DNA of 64,000 nt. It comes from Laetmonice hystrix (Eukaryota). The notes under the pieces were generated by a model. The model had not been told where the DNA came from and did not search any database. It saw nothing but the letters and a program-made list of their open reading frames with translations. Shown one piece after another: positions 21,796 to 64,000 of this stretch. Both the position numbers and the translations under genes were made by a program. Numbering within the stretch: position 1 is the stretch's first letter; every line of letters starts with the position of its first letter. The stretch lies in assembly GCA_965235115.1 (NCBI GenBank), contig OZ249437.1, positions 46,066,001-46,130,000 on the forward strand. Reading direction: 5' to 3'.

Positions 21796-24700
21796 CCCGG
21801 ACCCCTCCTCCTGAGACAGCCTCAGTAGTTCATCCACAGTCCCACACACTCAGCCGAACCTTCCCACCGAGTTCACAAAAAGTGGAATCACATTGTTTGC
21901 TCAATCACTGGTCGGCTCTCTCATCTGAGTGGCCGCTATTATCACTCGCCCCAAGCCAGCCGTCAGTTGAGCAACCCAAGACTGAAGTTTGTTATTGGTT
22001 CTCAGTTTACATACCAGCTTGTTTCTGTTGTATGTTTTGGGACCAGTCGGGTGGAAGGTAAGTAATAGGGTGCATAATGAGCCGTGAGATATGGCCCGCT
22101 CTGGGAGGAGCGTCTAGTGGAGACCTGGTCAAGGAAGGGGTTCTTATCATGCAGCAGTCCACCCGTACCCCCCTGGGTTCACCCCAACCCTCCCGACCCC
22201 TCTCCAGACCTTCTCCCACGCAGTGCTAACTCAGGAGGACCCACTCCAGGCAGTCTGACGTGCTGGAGACCCCAGCAGCCCGCCACTCCGGGGTGTCGGG
22301 TTAGGGCGGGTGGGGCACGTTTTTGCCACGCTTCACCTCAAACAAGCAGTTTACGCTTTCTTCATCAAAGTTTAATCTAGGATATCTGGGGGTGAGGCTT
22401 TATTCTGCCTCAAAACCTCTACAGCAGGGTTCGACTTGAGCACTGTCTAATGGTCCCTGGCCTCGGTATATACTTGTGATCAGTTACCAGAAACGTTTTT
22501 GTCCATTTGGCAAGGGAAGGTTATTTCACTCCATATTTCGTGAAGCGTTTACTATACACAAATGGTTAACTCCTGTCTCTCTCTCTATACTCTGAGAAAT
22601 CCGGGAGAAAACGCTCTTTTCATCAAAACAGGCAGTGGGCCCATTATGACCTTTGTGCCTGACCTTGTGATATATAGGCCTAGTATCAATGGGTGGTTGG
22701 CGGCGGGGGGTTGGGGGGTTATGGGGGCCGGGATGGGGTAGATTTAGGCCTACAGCTAAATTACTTCAATAATGCTGGACATTTTTCATCAAATAATTTA
22801 TACGTGCCGAAAAGTTAAGCCCCTTAGACATAGTTCCTCTATGTATGACATACTTGTCAGCGGAAACTTGTACATGTCTCTTGGGAAAGACGTAAAAACG
22901 TTTGGAAACGTGCATGTGATTATGTTAATACTTATGGTGCACAGCCTCCTTGAACCATCTCCGTTTCAGCTAAGTCCGTTCTCCATAACGATTAGGAAGT
23001 TCTGGTTTCCCTGACCAGACCTACAACCTGAAGCAAAGATAAATACTGGTGCCGTGGCAAGCCCGGGTGTAGACCGAGCATGCAGTAGTAGGAAAGCACC
23101 TGTAGACGCAGTGACCCAGTGTGACCCACAGCTGTTGTCTACACCCTGGCGGCAGGTGATGTGTGGATACCGCATCCCCGCCACTCACCTGTCCATCAAA
23201 ACCTCCACACCTCTCCCGACTCCCCCCCCCCCCCCCCCCCCCCCGACCACGCACATCCCAACCCCGTCGGTCTGACCGTAACCATGCAGCCATACCAAGA
23301 CATAAACTTTCACCGGCCATCCTCAGCCTGCATGCACTAAAAACTCCTCCTCCATCCCAACTTCTACAACAGACGTATATATGCCTAGACGTCATTCCAC
23401 CCATATGGATCGCACGCTTTTCTATGTCTCTAAAATGCCAGTTATCTATAATCGTATCTACCCCAAAGAAAGTAAAATATTTTTTAAAAAGTTAACTAGC
23501 GGCATTCCTCTTCACAGCTTGCCGTTGTTTTTGTCGTCATGACGACAGACCTCACTCTGGTTTGTAGATGCCCTTCGCCGCCTGGTGGCCGAGGTAGCGG
23601 ACACCACAGTGCACAGCGATATGTCAAGGCTATTTTTCTGGCGATTACTATTTTGACTGGAACGTTTCTGTGTAAAAACGGCCAGTAAGATAGGTTTTAC
23701 ACTAGTCTATTGCCCTGTAATGGAGTGTTGTGTTTCAGTCTAACTAGGATTTCCACAACACGCTGTTCGAGTCAGCAAACATAAGGTGGTCAGTACGACA
23801 AGGATAGACAGAGAAAATCTTTCCTTATTTTACCCAACAGGTGAGGTTGTGATAGCACCCCAGGTGGTCTTACACAATCAAGGCCTTCTCGTTTGATACA
23901 CTCACACAAATTAAAGATGAGTACATACTGATTGAATTGGAGGTATCACACAGGGTTCATGGACTATACATCACTGCGCTGGTCCCTCCAAGTTACACGT
24001 ATATATGCCCATACCTCAGTAATAAAGTTCCTCAAACTTTACAACGAATGCGATTCCTTCCATTAGCAAGAGCTTTATGGCCAAGGAATGGTATTTGAAT
24101 ACAAGTAGGAACACCTCAATATATTACTTCATTAATTAATACAGTTAGTTGAGGTGACCATTTCACACAATGAAACAGTTTTAAGCAGGAAGACGCTTTT
24201 CGCTGGCTTTCATGCGAGGAAATACGATTGACAGTTCAACGGAAATCAACAAATTAGGCCTAAGGAAAAAATCCAAACAATTTTTGATTTCAATTTAGGT
24301 AATTAGGAGTGTCAATGTCGTAGCTTTAGTGTACTAGAGTACACTTTAAAGTGCAATTAAGTCTGTCCGATATAATTAGTGGTGTAAGTCTCTGCTCCAA
24401 GTGATAGTTCCGGGTCCTGCCTCCAGATAGCAGCAGAGATACGGCGTCCCAGCGTGGGAAAGCTGCGCTGGGTGGGGCTCATTACAGGCAGCTGTGGGGC
24501 TACGTCCTGTTTGGTATTGGGACCCCAGCTAGACCAACCCCAAGTACCGATCTTACCGATACAAACGTATTTTCGCTTTACCGTTGTTTAAATCTTTCCG
24601 GCCCCTGATATGACTAAACATGAATTATACATGGCGCAAGACGCGACGTCCTCTCTCGTACCTGACCGACAACTGAGGCTGAGGTCCTCTGCATCATTAG

Positions 24701-25227
24701 GTGTCTTTAGAAGTTCCTATATAAGTTCACGAACTAGGCGTAGTGCCTGAGGAGAGAGACAGCACCAGAGGTGTTGCACAGATTATCAGGTAAAACGCTG
24801 GCGCGTTAATTATCGTAAAGCCACCTAATTATCCGAAACGTGTTTGGTTTCACGGCGGCCTAAGTGGGCGGCGGTAGATTAAAAGGTGAAGGACAGCTGT
24901 TTTAAAACACTCGAATTACTGATTCGTTCTCATCCCTCACCATGGCAACCCCTGCCGTCTATATCTGCCTCCGGGCTACATTCACTGAGACGGCATCCTT
25001 CAGATAAATTCGGTTGTCAGGAAATAAACACAAAATTTAAAATGATGTCTATTCTCCACAATCAATCAGTTTCACGCTGATCTGTCTGGTTGATACCAAC
25101 CACTTATAGAATTCTATACCCATTGTTCATACTGACTGCCCTGATTTATCCCATTGCTTGATTTCTCCTCACCATGACTTCACGTCAGAATGCATGAACA
25201 CCCCCCCCCCCTTTCCCCGACCTGTTA

Positions 25228-26700
25228 AATGGGTTTTTGATAGTCTCGCTGCTGAGCTGTAGGACGTTCACAGCTGACTCACAGAATGGATTTTTGATTA
25301 AGTCTCACTGCTGAGCTGTAGGACGTTCACAGCTGACTCACAGAATCATGGTTTTTGATGAAGTTAAGTCTCGCTGCTGAGCTGTAGGACGTTCACAGCT
25401 AAAGCCCGTTACACACGATCCAACTTTTTGTTGGACCCAACAAATCTGATGAAAAGTAGGATCCAACTTGAGCCACACACACGATCACACTTTTCTATCC
25501 AACCTCATCCAACACACAGTGGATTTTCCCTCCATTTCTTGACATCTATTATAAAATTTATAAGTATATCACAGACAAGGCCAAGGCTATTATTTAGCTG
25601 ATGCTGTAAAGATGCCAGATAGGCGGGCCACGATAAAGGTATAGCATCACTGGGGATCATGGGATTATTATTATTATTATTATTAATTATTCATTATTAT
25701 CATGGCCCTAATTATTCGGAAGAGGTACCAGGATTTCGTTAGACCATGCACATCTCGTCTGCTTCCCTGACGCTATTTTGCTGACCTCAAACCATGTGGC
25801 GCGGGGTCACATATTTGCTGGAGAATTTCTGATTGGTTCTTGTAGTGTTCTGACATTTGACACCATCCAACTTGTTGGATGAAGTAGAGACGAGTTCAAC
25901 TTCATCCAACAAAAAAACTTGTTGGATAGAGGCTGTTTGATGATATCACACACGACCCAACTCCAACCAACAAGTTGGATCCAACCGTGTTGGGTCCAAC
26001 TTGTTGGATCGTGTGTATCGGGCTTAACTCACAGAATGGGTTTTTGATTAAGTTTCGCTGCTGAGCTGTAGGACGTTCACAGCTGACTCACAGAATGGGT
26101 TTTTGATTAAGTCTCACTGCTGAGCTATAGGACGTTCACAGCTGACTCACAGAATGGGTTTTTGATTAAGTCTCACTGCTGAGCTGTAGGACGTTCACAG
26201 CTGACTCACAGAATGGGTTTTTGATTAAGTCTCACTGCTGAGCTGTAGGACGTTCACAGCTGACTCACAGAATGGGTTTTTGATTAAGTCTCACTGCTGA
26301 GCTGTAGGACGTTCACAGCTGACTCACAGAATGGGTTTTTGATTAAGTCTCGCTGCTGAGCTGTAGGACGTTCACAGCTAACTCACAGAATGGGTTTTTG
26401 ATTAAGTCTCACTGCTGAGCTGTAGGACGTTCACAGCTGACTCACAGAATCATGGTTTTTGATGAAGTTAAGTCTCGCTGCTGAGCTGTAGGACGTTCAC
26501 AGCTGACTCACAGAATGGGTTTTTGATTAAGTTTCGCTGCTGAGCTGTACGTTCACAGCTAACTCACAGAATGGGTTTTTGATGAAGTTAAGTCTCGCTG
26601 CTGAGCTGTAGGACGTTCACAGCTGACTCACAGAATGGGTTTTTGATGAAGTTAAGTCTCGCTTCTGAGCTGTAGTACATTCACAGCTGACTGACAGAAT
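25228..26700. repeat. 59-bp minisatellite (~14 copies) interrupted by a MITE
   Basis: Unit GCTGAGCTGTAGGACGTTCACAGCTGACTCACAGAATGGGTTTTTGATTAAGTCTCACT, with longer variants containing catgg...gatgaagtt. About 3 copies lie left and about 11 right of the insertion. Confidence 0.96.
25403..26024. mobile_element. PIF/Harbinger-type MITE (622 bp)
   Basis: TIR AGCCCG(T/A)TACACACGATCCAAC at both ends. TAA target duplication at 25400-25402 and 26025-26027. Removing it restores the repeat sequence cacagc-taa-ctcacag. No transposase ORF. Confidence 0.9.
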
Positions 26701-28523
26701 CATAAAGTCAACAGGTCGGCACAGTGTACGGGGTGTGCGGGTGAGGGGTTGAGGGTGTACCCCCGACTGGGGGCACAAGGCCAGTGGTGAGCCCAATGTG
26801 AGTGTGGTGTTTATATTCTCAATGATACAGGCAGACAACCAGAACAATAGGAACCCTCCCCCACGGCTCACTACTTGTTACAGGACAATGTGCTCAGTGA
26901 TCCGTGACGTGAGGGGGTTTGTGACCGGTTCAGTATAATTATAGCAGGGCAAGGACAGGGCGGGGCCTACCTGGACATACATACAGGTACATCCAACCCC
27001 CAGGGATTTCAGGGGGACTCCTCCAACTCTGGGGGGTCGCTGCCAGTAGTGTTAGGAACCTTCACGGGGTCTGTAGTATTAATCCTGCGGATGATTTCGA
27101 TCAATTTGTATGTAAAACAACTCGGTTACTTGTGCTCTGTGGCATGGAGCACCAGCACACAAATTGTGACAAAAACCCTTTCTTCTGTGGTCAACTTAAA
27201 ATTAATGAACCCCCTCGAAACCTGACCTTCCCTAGTAAGGCCTTTCTAAGGCAGGACCTTTTCTGTTGTATGGTGTGGGGGATGGGGGGGGGGGGGGGGC
27301 AGTATACAATCATATAACAGAACAAGGCAAGGCAGAACAAGGCAAAATGTCGCCGTGCACAGCTAGGAGGAGAATGAAGGAGAAGAGATAAAAACTACAT
27401 GAGTGCGGGGTTATGTGATGGAGTTATTGATGTGGTCTCTCAGAGACTGACGAGTCTGTGAGAGGTGAAGCCAGGTACAAGTTCTGTGGCGTCAGCGTCA
27501 GATGAGAAGGACACTTCTGAGTGGTCAAGCTAAACAAAAGCCACTAAAACATAGCGCTGGGAGGCATGCAGCATCCTGGACAAACAAACTTTGGCTGACC
27601 GTTCACTGACCACTCACGGTCACCTGTAGCTGGTGGCAGATTATAACAGGGCCTGGTCAGCCTCAGGCTGGTCAGGCTGGTGGTCTGTGTCCCGCAGGTT
27701 CTTCCATTGTCTCTCGGCTCAGCATCGGGTAGACCTACCTTCAGGGCACTGATGAATTAACATAGTGCACAGTCATCGATTCATAATGTAGTTTAAATCC
27801 CACCATGATTCCGAGGTGCCAAACACAAACGAACAAACAAAAAGGTATTATAGCCACCCCTGCCTACCACGCCCTGCTATGGTAGGCAGACCGTTACAAG
27901 ACCTTCAGCAATCACAAATCACCCTGGTCACCCACGTTTCTAATGTCCATGTCAACAGGTGTTTGCGAACAGCGGAGTGCATTCCGCGCGCGGGATTACA
28001 GTACTGAGGCGGGTCCAGCCCCTTTAACATCAGTCTGTCGAGAAGCTGTACTCCTTGCAGCACAGTATACATTGAGCCAACGTTGATTGATATTTATAAC
28101 ATTTCTGGCCTAATGTCAATTTGTATAAACTCATCATGAAATGATATCGGGCCTCTAGAGCGATTGTTTCACTGAGTGAAAGGGTGGTGGTGGGTAAATG
28201 TGCCTAAGAATTAGGGGGGGGGGGGAGGTGAATGACTGAGATCAAGTCTTGAACAGGAAATCTGTCTGCCCGTGAGCATTTCGTCGTAGATCTACTTCAC
28301 TACCGTACTCCAACTATACTTGACTTGAGTCTTGACTGCATGGCTGTTTGAGACCAATCACAGCGACGGCTATAGTTCAGGTTTAATTGGTTTATCACAC
28401 TTTCTGCCGACTGAGCAGAGCGTGGCCCTTTCAAGTAACCTACCCGGTTTTCTAGCCATTGCTCTGCTCTGGGGGGGGGGGGGGGGGAGGGTTCACACCG
28501 TGGAGAGGGTTCACTGTCCAGCG

Positions 28524-28843
28524 GGAGAGGGGTCTGGCCGTCCGGGAACGGAGAGGGGTCTGGCCGGGCCGGGAACGGAGAGGGGCCTGGCCGGGCCGGG
28601 CACGGAGAGGGGCCTGACCGCGGGGCTGGTCACGGAGAGGGGCCTGGCCGGGCCGGGCGGGGCACGGAGAGGGGCCTGGCCTGGCCCGGCACGGAGAGGG
28701 GCCTGACCGCGGGGCTGGTCACGGAGAGGGGCCTGGCCGGGCCGGGCGGGGCACGGAGAGAGGGACCTGGCCAGGCACGGACAGAGGGACCTGGCCGGGC
28801 ACGGACAGAGGGACCTGGCCGGGCACGGAGAGGGGTCTGGCCG
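28524..28843. repeat. GC-rich ~24-bp minisatellite
   Basis: Core GGAGAGGGG(T/C)CTGGCCGGGCCGGGCAC with variants. A ~90-bp block (gcctgaccgcggggctggtcac...) is duplicated. Confidence 0.92.
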
Positions 28844-28943
28844 GCGGGCGGGCGGGGCTACCACCCCACGCTCACCACCGTCACGCTCGGAAACCACACT
28901 TCACAACATGTAACAGCTGAGAAACAAACCACGTTCTACTCAC

Positions 28944-29200
28944 CTAAAAGTTCACTCGACCCCCTGGCGATGAAATAAAGTAAAGTCCCAAATGTTAAAA
29001 TCCAATGTTTATCCATTGTTCGAGCCACGCACGGCCGAAGACCCCACCTTAGGGCCGTCTTGGTTCTGTCACGGCCACATATCAACCTCTGTTCAGTTTG
29101 CAGACAGCTAGCTCGCGTGCTGGCCCGAGCTACGGCCGTCGTTCTCCGCCAGGTGGCGTCTCGTTGACTGTAGCGCCACCATTCGTGCCCAGTTTGAACT
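28944..29200 (-). promoter_or_regulatory. Putative CpG-rich promoter / non-coding first exon of a minus-strand gene
   Basis: Consensus donor TTTTAG|GTGAGT at 28938-28943, locally CpG-rich sequence, and a CTCF-like CCGCCAGGTGGCGT at 29146-29159. Confidence 0.3.
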
Positions 29201-32200
29201 GCGAGTGTCGCACAGGACCAAGGGGGGGGGGGGGGGGGGGGGGAGGGGTAGTATGGTGGACACCATTAGATTCCCATGCATGGGGCAAGCAGTAATTTTT
29301 GAATCTGAGAATATTGTTTTATACATGTCTATTTTGGTAAAAACCTGTTTATCAGGACTGAGACGTCGATGAAAAGTGGGAATGAATTCATGCTGTTCCA
29401 AGAATTCCAATCTAAAGCGCCGGGTACTAGGCCTATAACATTATCCCTGTAAAGTGATGCAAAGGATGCTAGAGTTGGCGAGATCTTTTTTTTTTTTTGC
29501 CAATCGAACAAATCTTAGCGGTAGGCCTTACCCGAACTCATGACGGAAACCTAGAAATGACGATTCAACCTTTAGTACCGAGTTGGTGAAAGAGAAAAAG
29601 TTGGAAAACTAAGCATGAAAGAAAAAACCAACTCCACAAAGTAACAACACAACTCTAGAACATTAAATATGAAAAATTATATTTCTGCTTTTTTAATTAC
29701 AAGGTTACAACCGACACAAGACCGACACATTGTAGCACAGTATCTACAAGGTATCTCTAAGCGCCACCAAGCGGTAGCGTTCACAGTTGGAACCATTTAC
29801 AAGCATGCCAGATCAGAACCTGGAAACTTAAAGAGGTTGGGAAGATTCCTTTATATACAGAATGAGTGCAACACGGGCGAAATCTTGGCAAAAGGCTGCA
29901 ACGGTATCATATACGGACAACTGAACAAGTCGAACCTCAATCTAATGAAGGCTGAGTCAACTGCATTTTGGCAATACTCAAATAAGCTAAACTAGATATT
30001 TTACTGGGTTCCGTACACATTTGACCTTTTGCATAACAACTGGACACCAAGTTATTGAACGAGCCAGATACCTGGCTACAGGTAAGTGAAGGCAGCATAA
30101 TTTATAAATACATACTTGTGACACATGATGGTCTACTCTGTGTCTTTTGGTTTGATGTGGTTCATAGAATACAATTATATGTACACTGGTTGTGGTGGAT
30201 GATATACCTTGCCATGCGTCTTCGTCATGGGCCAATTTAGACATTAACTTATACAATGGCGGCACATGGAAAACTGCACTAAACAAAATGTACATCAAAC
30301 GGCAGGACTAGACAAACACACAACATGTAGGCTTGGCCGGACCTTCTCGTTTCTATCGGCAGCTCCAATGTAGATACGATGGCTTTGTTACAGTTTAAAA
30401 TCATGGACAGTGGACCACATGCGCCAGAATTAGTTCTTCTGGCCACTTTGAAGGCACTAGTCCTTGTTGAAAGTAACTTGGGTTTAGCCGCGTCTCCACC
30501 ATCACAGTACTAGGTGCAGTCTCAATGGTATAATGATCCCTGATCGAGGTGTGACGTCCACAATACCGTCATGGTGTTAGGTAGGCGATCACCGACCACG
30601 ACACACACACGGCCGGGACACGGTCCACATACTGTCACCCCTCAACATTGTAACCCAAATTACCAGGATAGATCAGTTTAAGCTGAGGCACGTGACTGGC
30701 TTGCCATCAGAGGGTACAATATATCACCAGACAGCCTGAAGATAATAACATTGAACGTTTTTCTCGTTTTAAAAAAGGTCAAAAACTTCACTGCAAACCG
30801 ACTTCGACGGTGGCTCGTACATTCTTAAATTTTCAATTCTCAAAATTGTAGCGATCGTCTCTCGATATACTGTAACTTACATGAGATATAAGAAATAAAC
30901 CATTCATATCATCAACTCATGTTCTCTCCTCAAATATCTTTTCTTTCTTTGGGCATCAAAAATACACCTGAAAATCAAAACGATATGCAATGAAACGCCC
31001 AATGCATAGACTCCAAATGTCAGCATGCGGTTTGTGGTAAGTCTCATGATGATTTACAATACTGGATTGTAATAGACCAGGTAATATCGAGACGAGTGAC
31101 ACACACCCATTAAAACACTTCATGCTTGGTTCCTCCAATACTTGATATTTGTACAATGGGAACACCTACACAGCTAATTGTCTTGACGATACAGACCGCC
31201 CTCCACATTGCATGGTCCGGACACCTGTCCAAACAACTTGTCATTTTCACTCCGAATCTCTGCAATATACCCTCTCCCCTTTTTTAAGGGTTATCTTATT
31301 TGTAATACTTAATGAAGATCTTGGAAGGTATGAGTCACAAAGTGTGTTTCGTAGGAAACATTGCATACGACAGTTTTGAGGTGATCAGCAGTAAGCAACG
31401 TCTAAGTGACGTCATGATAACATGACCGAGACGTGTTTCATGGTAAGGCCAATGCTGACACCTAGTGGCCAAGCTGTACACTACCACAGACTTGGACCAC
31501 CATACCGGAAGGCAACTCCTGATAACCTCCAACCTTCCCTCGCCCCATATTAATTCTTTCCATGTATTTATGAACGGTTGGGTTGTGCCTAATAAACTCT
31601 AGGATTATAGAAAATCTTTGCCAGTTTGCTACCACTGCCTAACTTGTTTTACTGTACGTGCTGACCTCAGGTAAACGATTCAATAAAACTATACTGGTAC
31701 GAATCGAAACCTCATAGAAAGTCTCCAACCTTTCAACAAGCACACTCGATACTCATTCATACACACATAACGCATAGATCACATTTCAAACGACACCTAG
31801 AACAACTAAATGTCAATGTCAGGGAGTCTTCTCATTGCCAGAAACCTAGTAATTATCTCAGAAAATGACGAGAGCCCTAGAGTAGAGTACAGTAGAGGTT
31901 GCTACCTTTGATTACACAGCCTACGATTTACAAGCAAGGACACTCGCAGGTATCCTGTTTTTTATATAAATATTACAATACTTACAGACATCCAAGGATA
32001 GTACACTTAGAGGAATTCTAACGTTTCTGCTTACAGCCATCAATGTGGGTGCACGCACACACACAGGTTGTGAAACCTACACACCCACAGTGTGTATCAC
32101 TCCAGTTCTTTGGCATTATTTGGCCAGACTGCGTGAATACAACGGGACAGACTACTGGAATGGATAAGTTACATCTAACAGACAACCTAGGAGACACGAC

Positions 32201-34027
32201 TTCTGCTAGACTGAAGGCTCTCTCACTAAACATCGGGGCTCTTATCTGAAAAGATTATCAACTTGAGTCGTTACACTGACTGTTATCTCGTCAGCTAACA
32301 GTGACGTCTTACTTGGATTCATTTTAATCTCGTTACATTATAAATGCACTCCACATAGTCCTAAGAAGCCTGAGAGCTCAGTCTATATGACTGTATATAG
32401 CAGAATAAACACAACAGCACTAGACATGGCACAACAGACACTGGCCCTACTAGCCAACAGTTGCTGACCACTGCAATCATATTTGCACAAAATAGATTTG
32501 GACATATCCTCATAATTACCATATAAAAATTGCATCTGAATTCTGAAGACATTTTCAGGCACCTATTACTGAATCGCAGACACAACATTTCTGAAGTGTC
32601 CCAAGACAGACAGCAGCAAGGAATTATAAAATAATCCACCATATAAGACTTGTTCATCAATCATGTGTCCATGTAATTAATCAGGAAGTTTATGTTGTTT
32701 GATTACCCCGCAGAACAACGAAATGATCCTTGGGCTTACCTGATATATCTTACAACGTGCCATCGTACAGAATCAGGCTAGACAGAACTACACAACATTC
32801 ATGGGGGGAAAACGTCCTGCTCTACTGGTTAAACAAGTTCACATTCTATAATCGTAGAATCAGTTCTGGGGGCCTAAGTGACCATCCCTGTCTTATCGTC
32901 TATGACTGCCCCTCTCTCCCGACGGTCTACAACAATATCTCACACTCGGGCCCATGACAACATGCTTGGCCCTCGCCTACAATACGACCTGTTCTCAGGG
33001 TTTGGCTTGGCAAGGTAGTGAGTGTGGGGATATTAAAATTTGTCAATTGTCAATTTGATGACACTGAAACGTAGGCATTGACCTATGGTATAGGAAGCAC
33101 TGGACACTCAAAGACTACCTGTCTGCCCCTACTATGTCCAAGGTAAAGTGGACAGACCAGAGAACCTTCATTTCCATTGAAATGGACAATCAAGACACCT
33201 CAGCTTTCGCATTTCTTTCTACCAACCACAACCGTTTCTCCTTGTCTGCTTGAGGTATCACGTGATTTGAGAACACACCTGGGGCACGTATTCCCTCACA
33301 CTTTATATCACATCAGGCGACACCTGGCGGCGTGGCTGGTAAATCACACCCGACAACCTCCTTCACAGTACGACTGTACACAGGGGACCGTGTCACCAGA
33401 CTACGCAACGCAAATCACTGCGCCAAAGGTGGCCAGGGAATATTCAAATGTACAAGCTAGATCCTGTGTAAACATTTATTAATTCTTCATAACTATAATC
33501 AAATATACAGAGTCTCAATGCTGTTGAACGGCGCTACTTCTGTACCCACGACCAAGGCATGTGAACCAAGTTCTTTGCATGGCCAATAGGTGGCACTGTT
33601 ATCACTGTCGTGTCAAGGTATAATTCTTTGGGCACCGTTTCTCTATCTGGCACTGGTTACTGGTAGAAAATTCAAGAAAATGTACAATAAATGATGCGTT
33701 AGATTCGCTTAACTTACCCACACTGAAGACTGATAAATAATTAATGCACCTGTACAAAGCAGGAGTGCTGGCACCAGCAACAAGCTTCACTGTCATTTGG
33801 TTATTGGTTTTGTACAATGCTGATTTGACTGCTGTGCACTTCAATCAGCCAGTCAGAGTCAGGCCACCAAAACTGTCTCATACCGAAATGTTTTCACGTT
33901 TTCGTTTGTTTCGTATTGTCTGCTCTGTATCCTGACCGAATACTTGCACCGGGCAGGACGTGGCCCTGCACTGGCTTCTCCTTGGGTCATGCTGCAATAT
34001 TGCTCAGCACCACGCTTCCACTACTGG

Positions 34028-34041
34028 CCAGTAGATGGCAG
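34028..34041 (+). promoter_or_regulatory. CTCF-like motif just 3' of the ROCK stop codon
   Basis: CCAGTAGATGGCAG. A 1-mismatch copy CCAATAGGTGGCAC lies at 33583-33596. Confidence 0.5.
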
Positions 34042-34107
34042 CACCTGACGGTCCTCTCACACCGCCTTCAGTTGGTGATATCCCATACAAGGGTGACGTC
34101 GGTGGGG

Positions 34108-63494
<29,387 letters not shown>

Positions 63495-64000
63495 TCTTAC
63501 GGTCCGTCCGACCGTCCGACGGCAGCCGCCGGGGACCCGTCCAACTTTGTTACAAAGTGTGCAACTCTGACACCACCAAAGTTCACATAACACACATCTT
63601 TTGTTGCTTATATCATCTAAACCGCCTGACTATGTACGATATCTTTATCGTGTATAACAAATGATAAAAGTGTTGGTTCTATTGGAATTATAGCCCTACA
63701 ACTACCACAAATTTACAGTTGTAAACACAGCAAATCGTTGACACAGCTGAGGTTTTCCTGACATTTTTGGCATGATTTCGGTAATTTCCAGTGCCTGTTT
63801 TCCTTTACCAGAGGCTAGCGTATACTTCTGGTAGTGTCCATATCTTCAGCGCTTTTCCGAACCCTTGACGATATAAATCCTGGATAGGCCTATAGGAAGC
63901 GAGTAGATCTAGGCCTAACACGCAAGTCATTCTTTCCAAACACACTCGGTTTAGCCCCAACCGCCATGGAAGTCAATATGGCCGTTTACCATATTCCCTC

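Noticed and set aside
28332-28897. ORFs of 124 and 128 aa (GPGTERGLA / CPARSL repeats)
   Set aside because: Translations of the GC-rich minisatellite.
29669-33900. Several 60-110 aa ORFs downstream of the ROCK stop
   Set aside because: No domains or splice structure. Probably ROCK 3'UTR or intergenic sequence; a minus-strand AATAAA lies near 33475-33480.

Overview
Eukaryotic (metazoan, probably bilaterian invertebrate) genomic DNA with GT-AG introns; no prokaryotic features, rRNA, tRNA or CRISPR. Right half: a complete 34-exon Rho-associated kinase (ROCK) gene on the minus strand (ATG 63494, stop 34108). I traced the exons by hand; all splice phases match and they sum to 4206 nt, about 1401 aa. 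Left end: the first coding exon of a secreted Thr-rich protein (minus strand). Between them are six unrelated minisatellite arrays, several MITEs, an excess of CTCF-like motifs, and a young 5'-truncated LINE of the CR1/L2 group (Crack/Daphne-like, 5268-~9940, minus strand). Its ORF2 is intact (PHD + endonuclease + RT). Top finding: the remnant ORF1 of this LINE ends in a complete NADAR (YbiA-like) hydrolase domain, so the retrotransposon may carry its own ADP-ribosylation-reversing enzyme. Second finding: an intronic 59-bp minisatellite in ROCK is built from copies of the downstream exon's splice acceptor and first nine codons. All statements come from manual reading; no searches were run.
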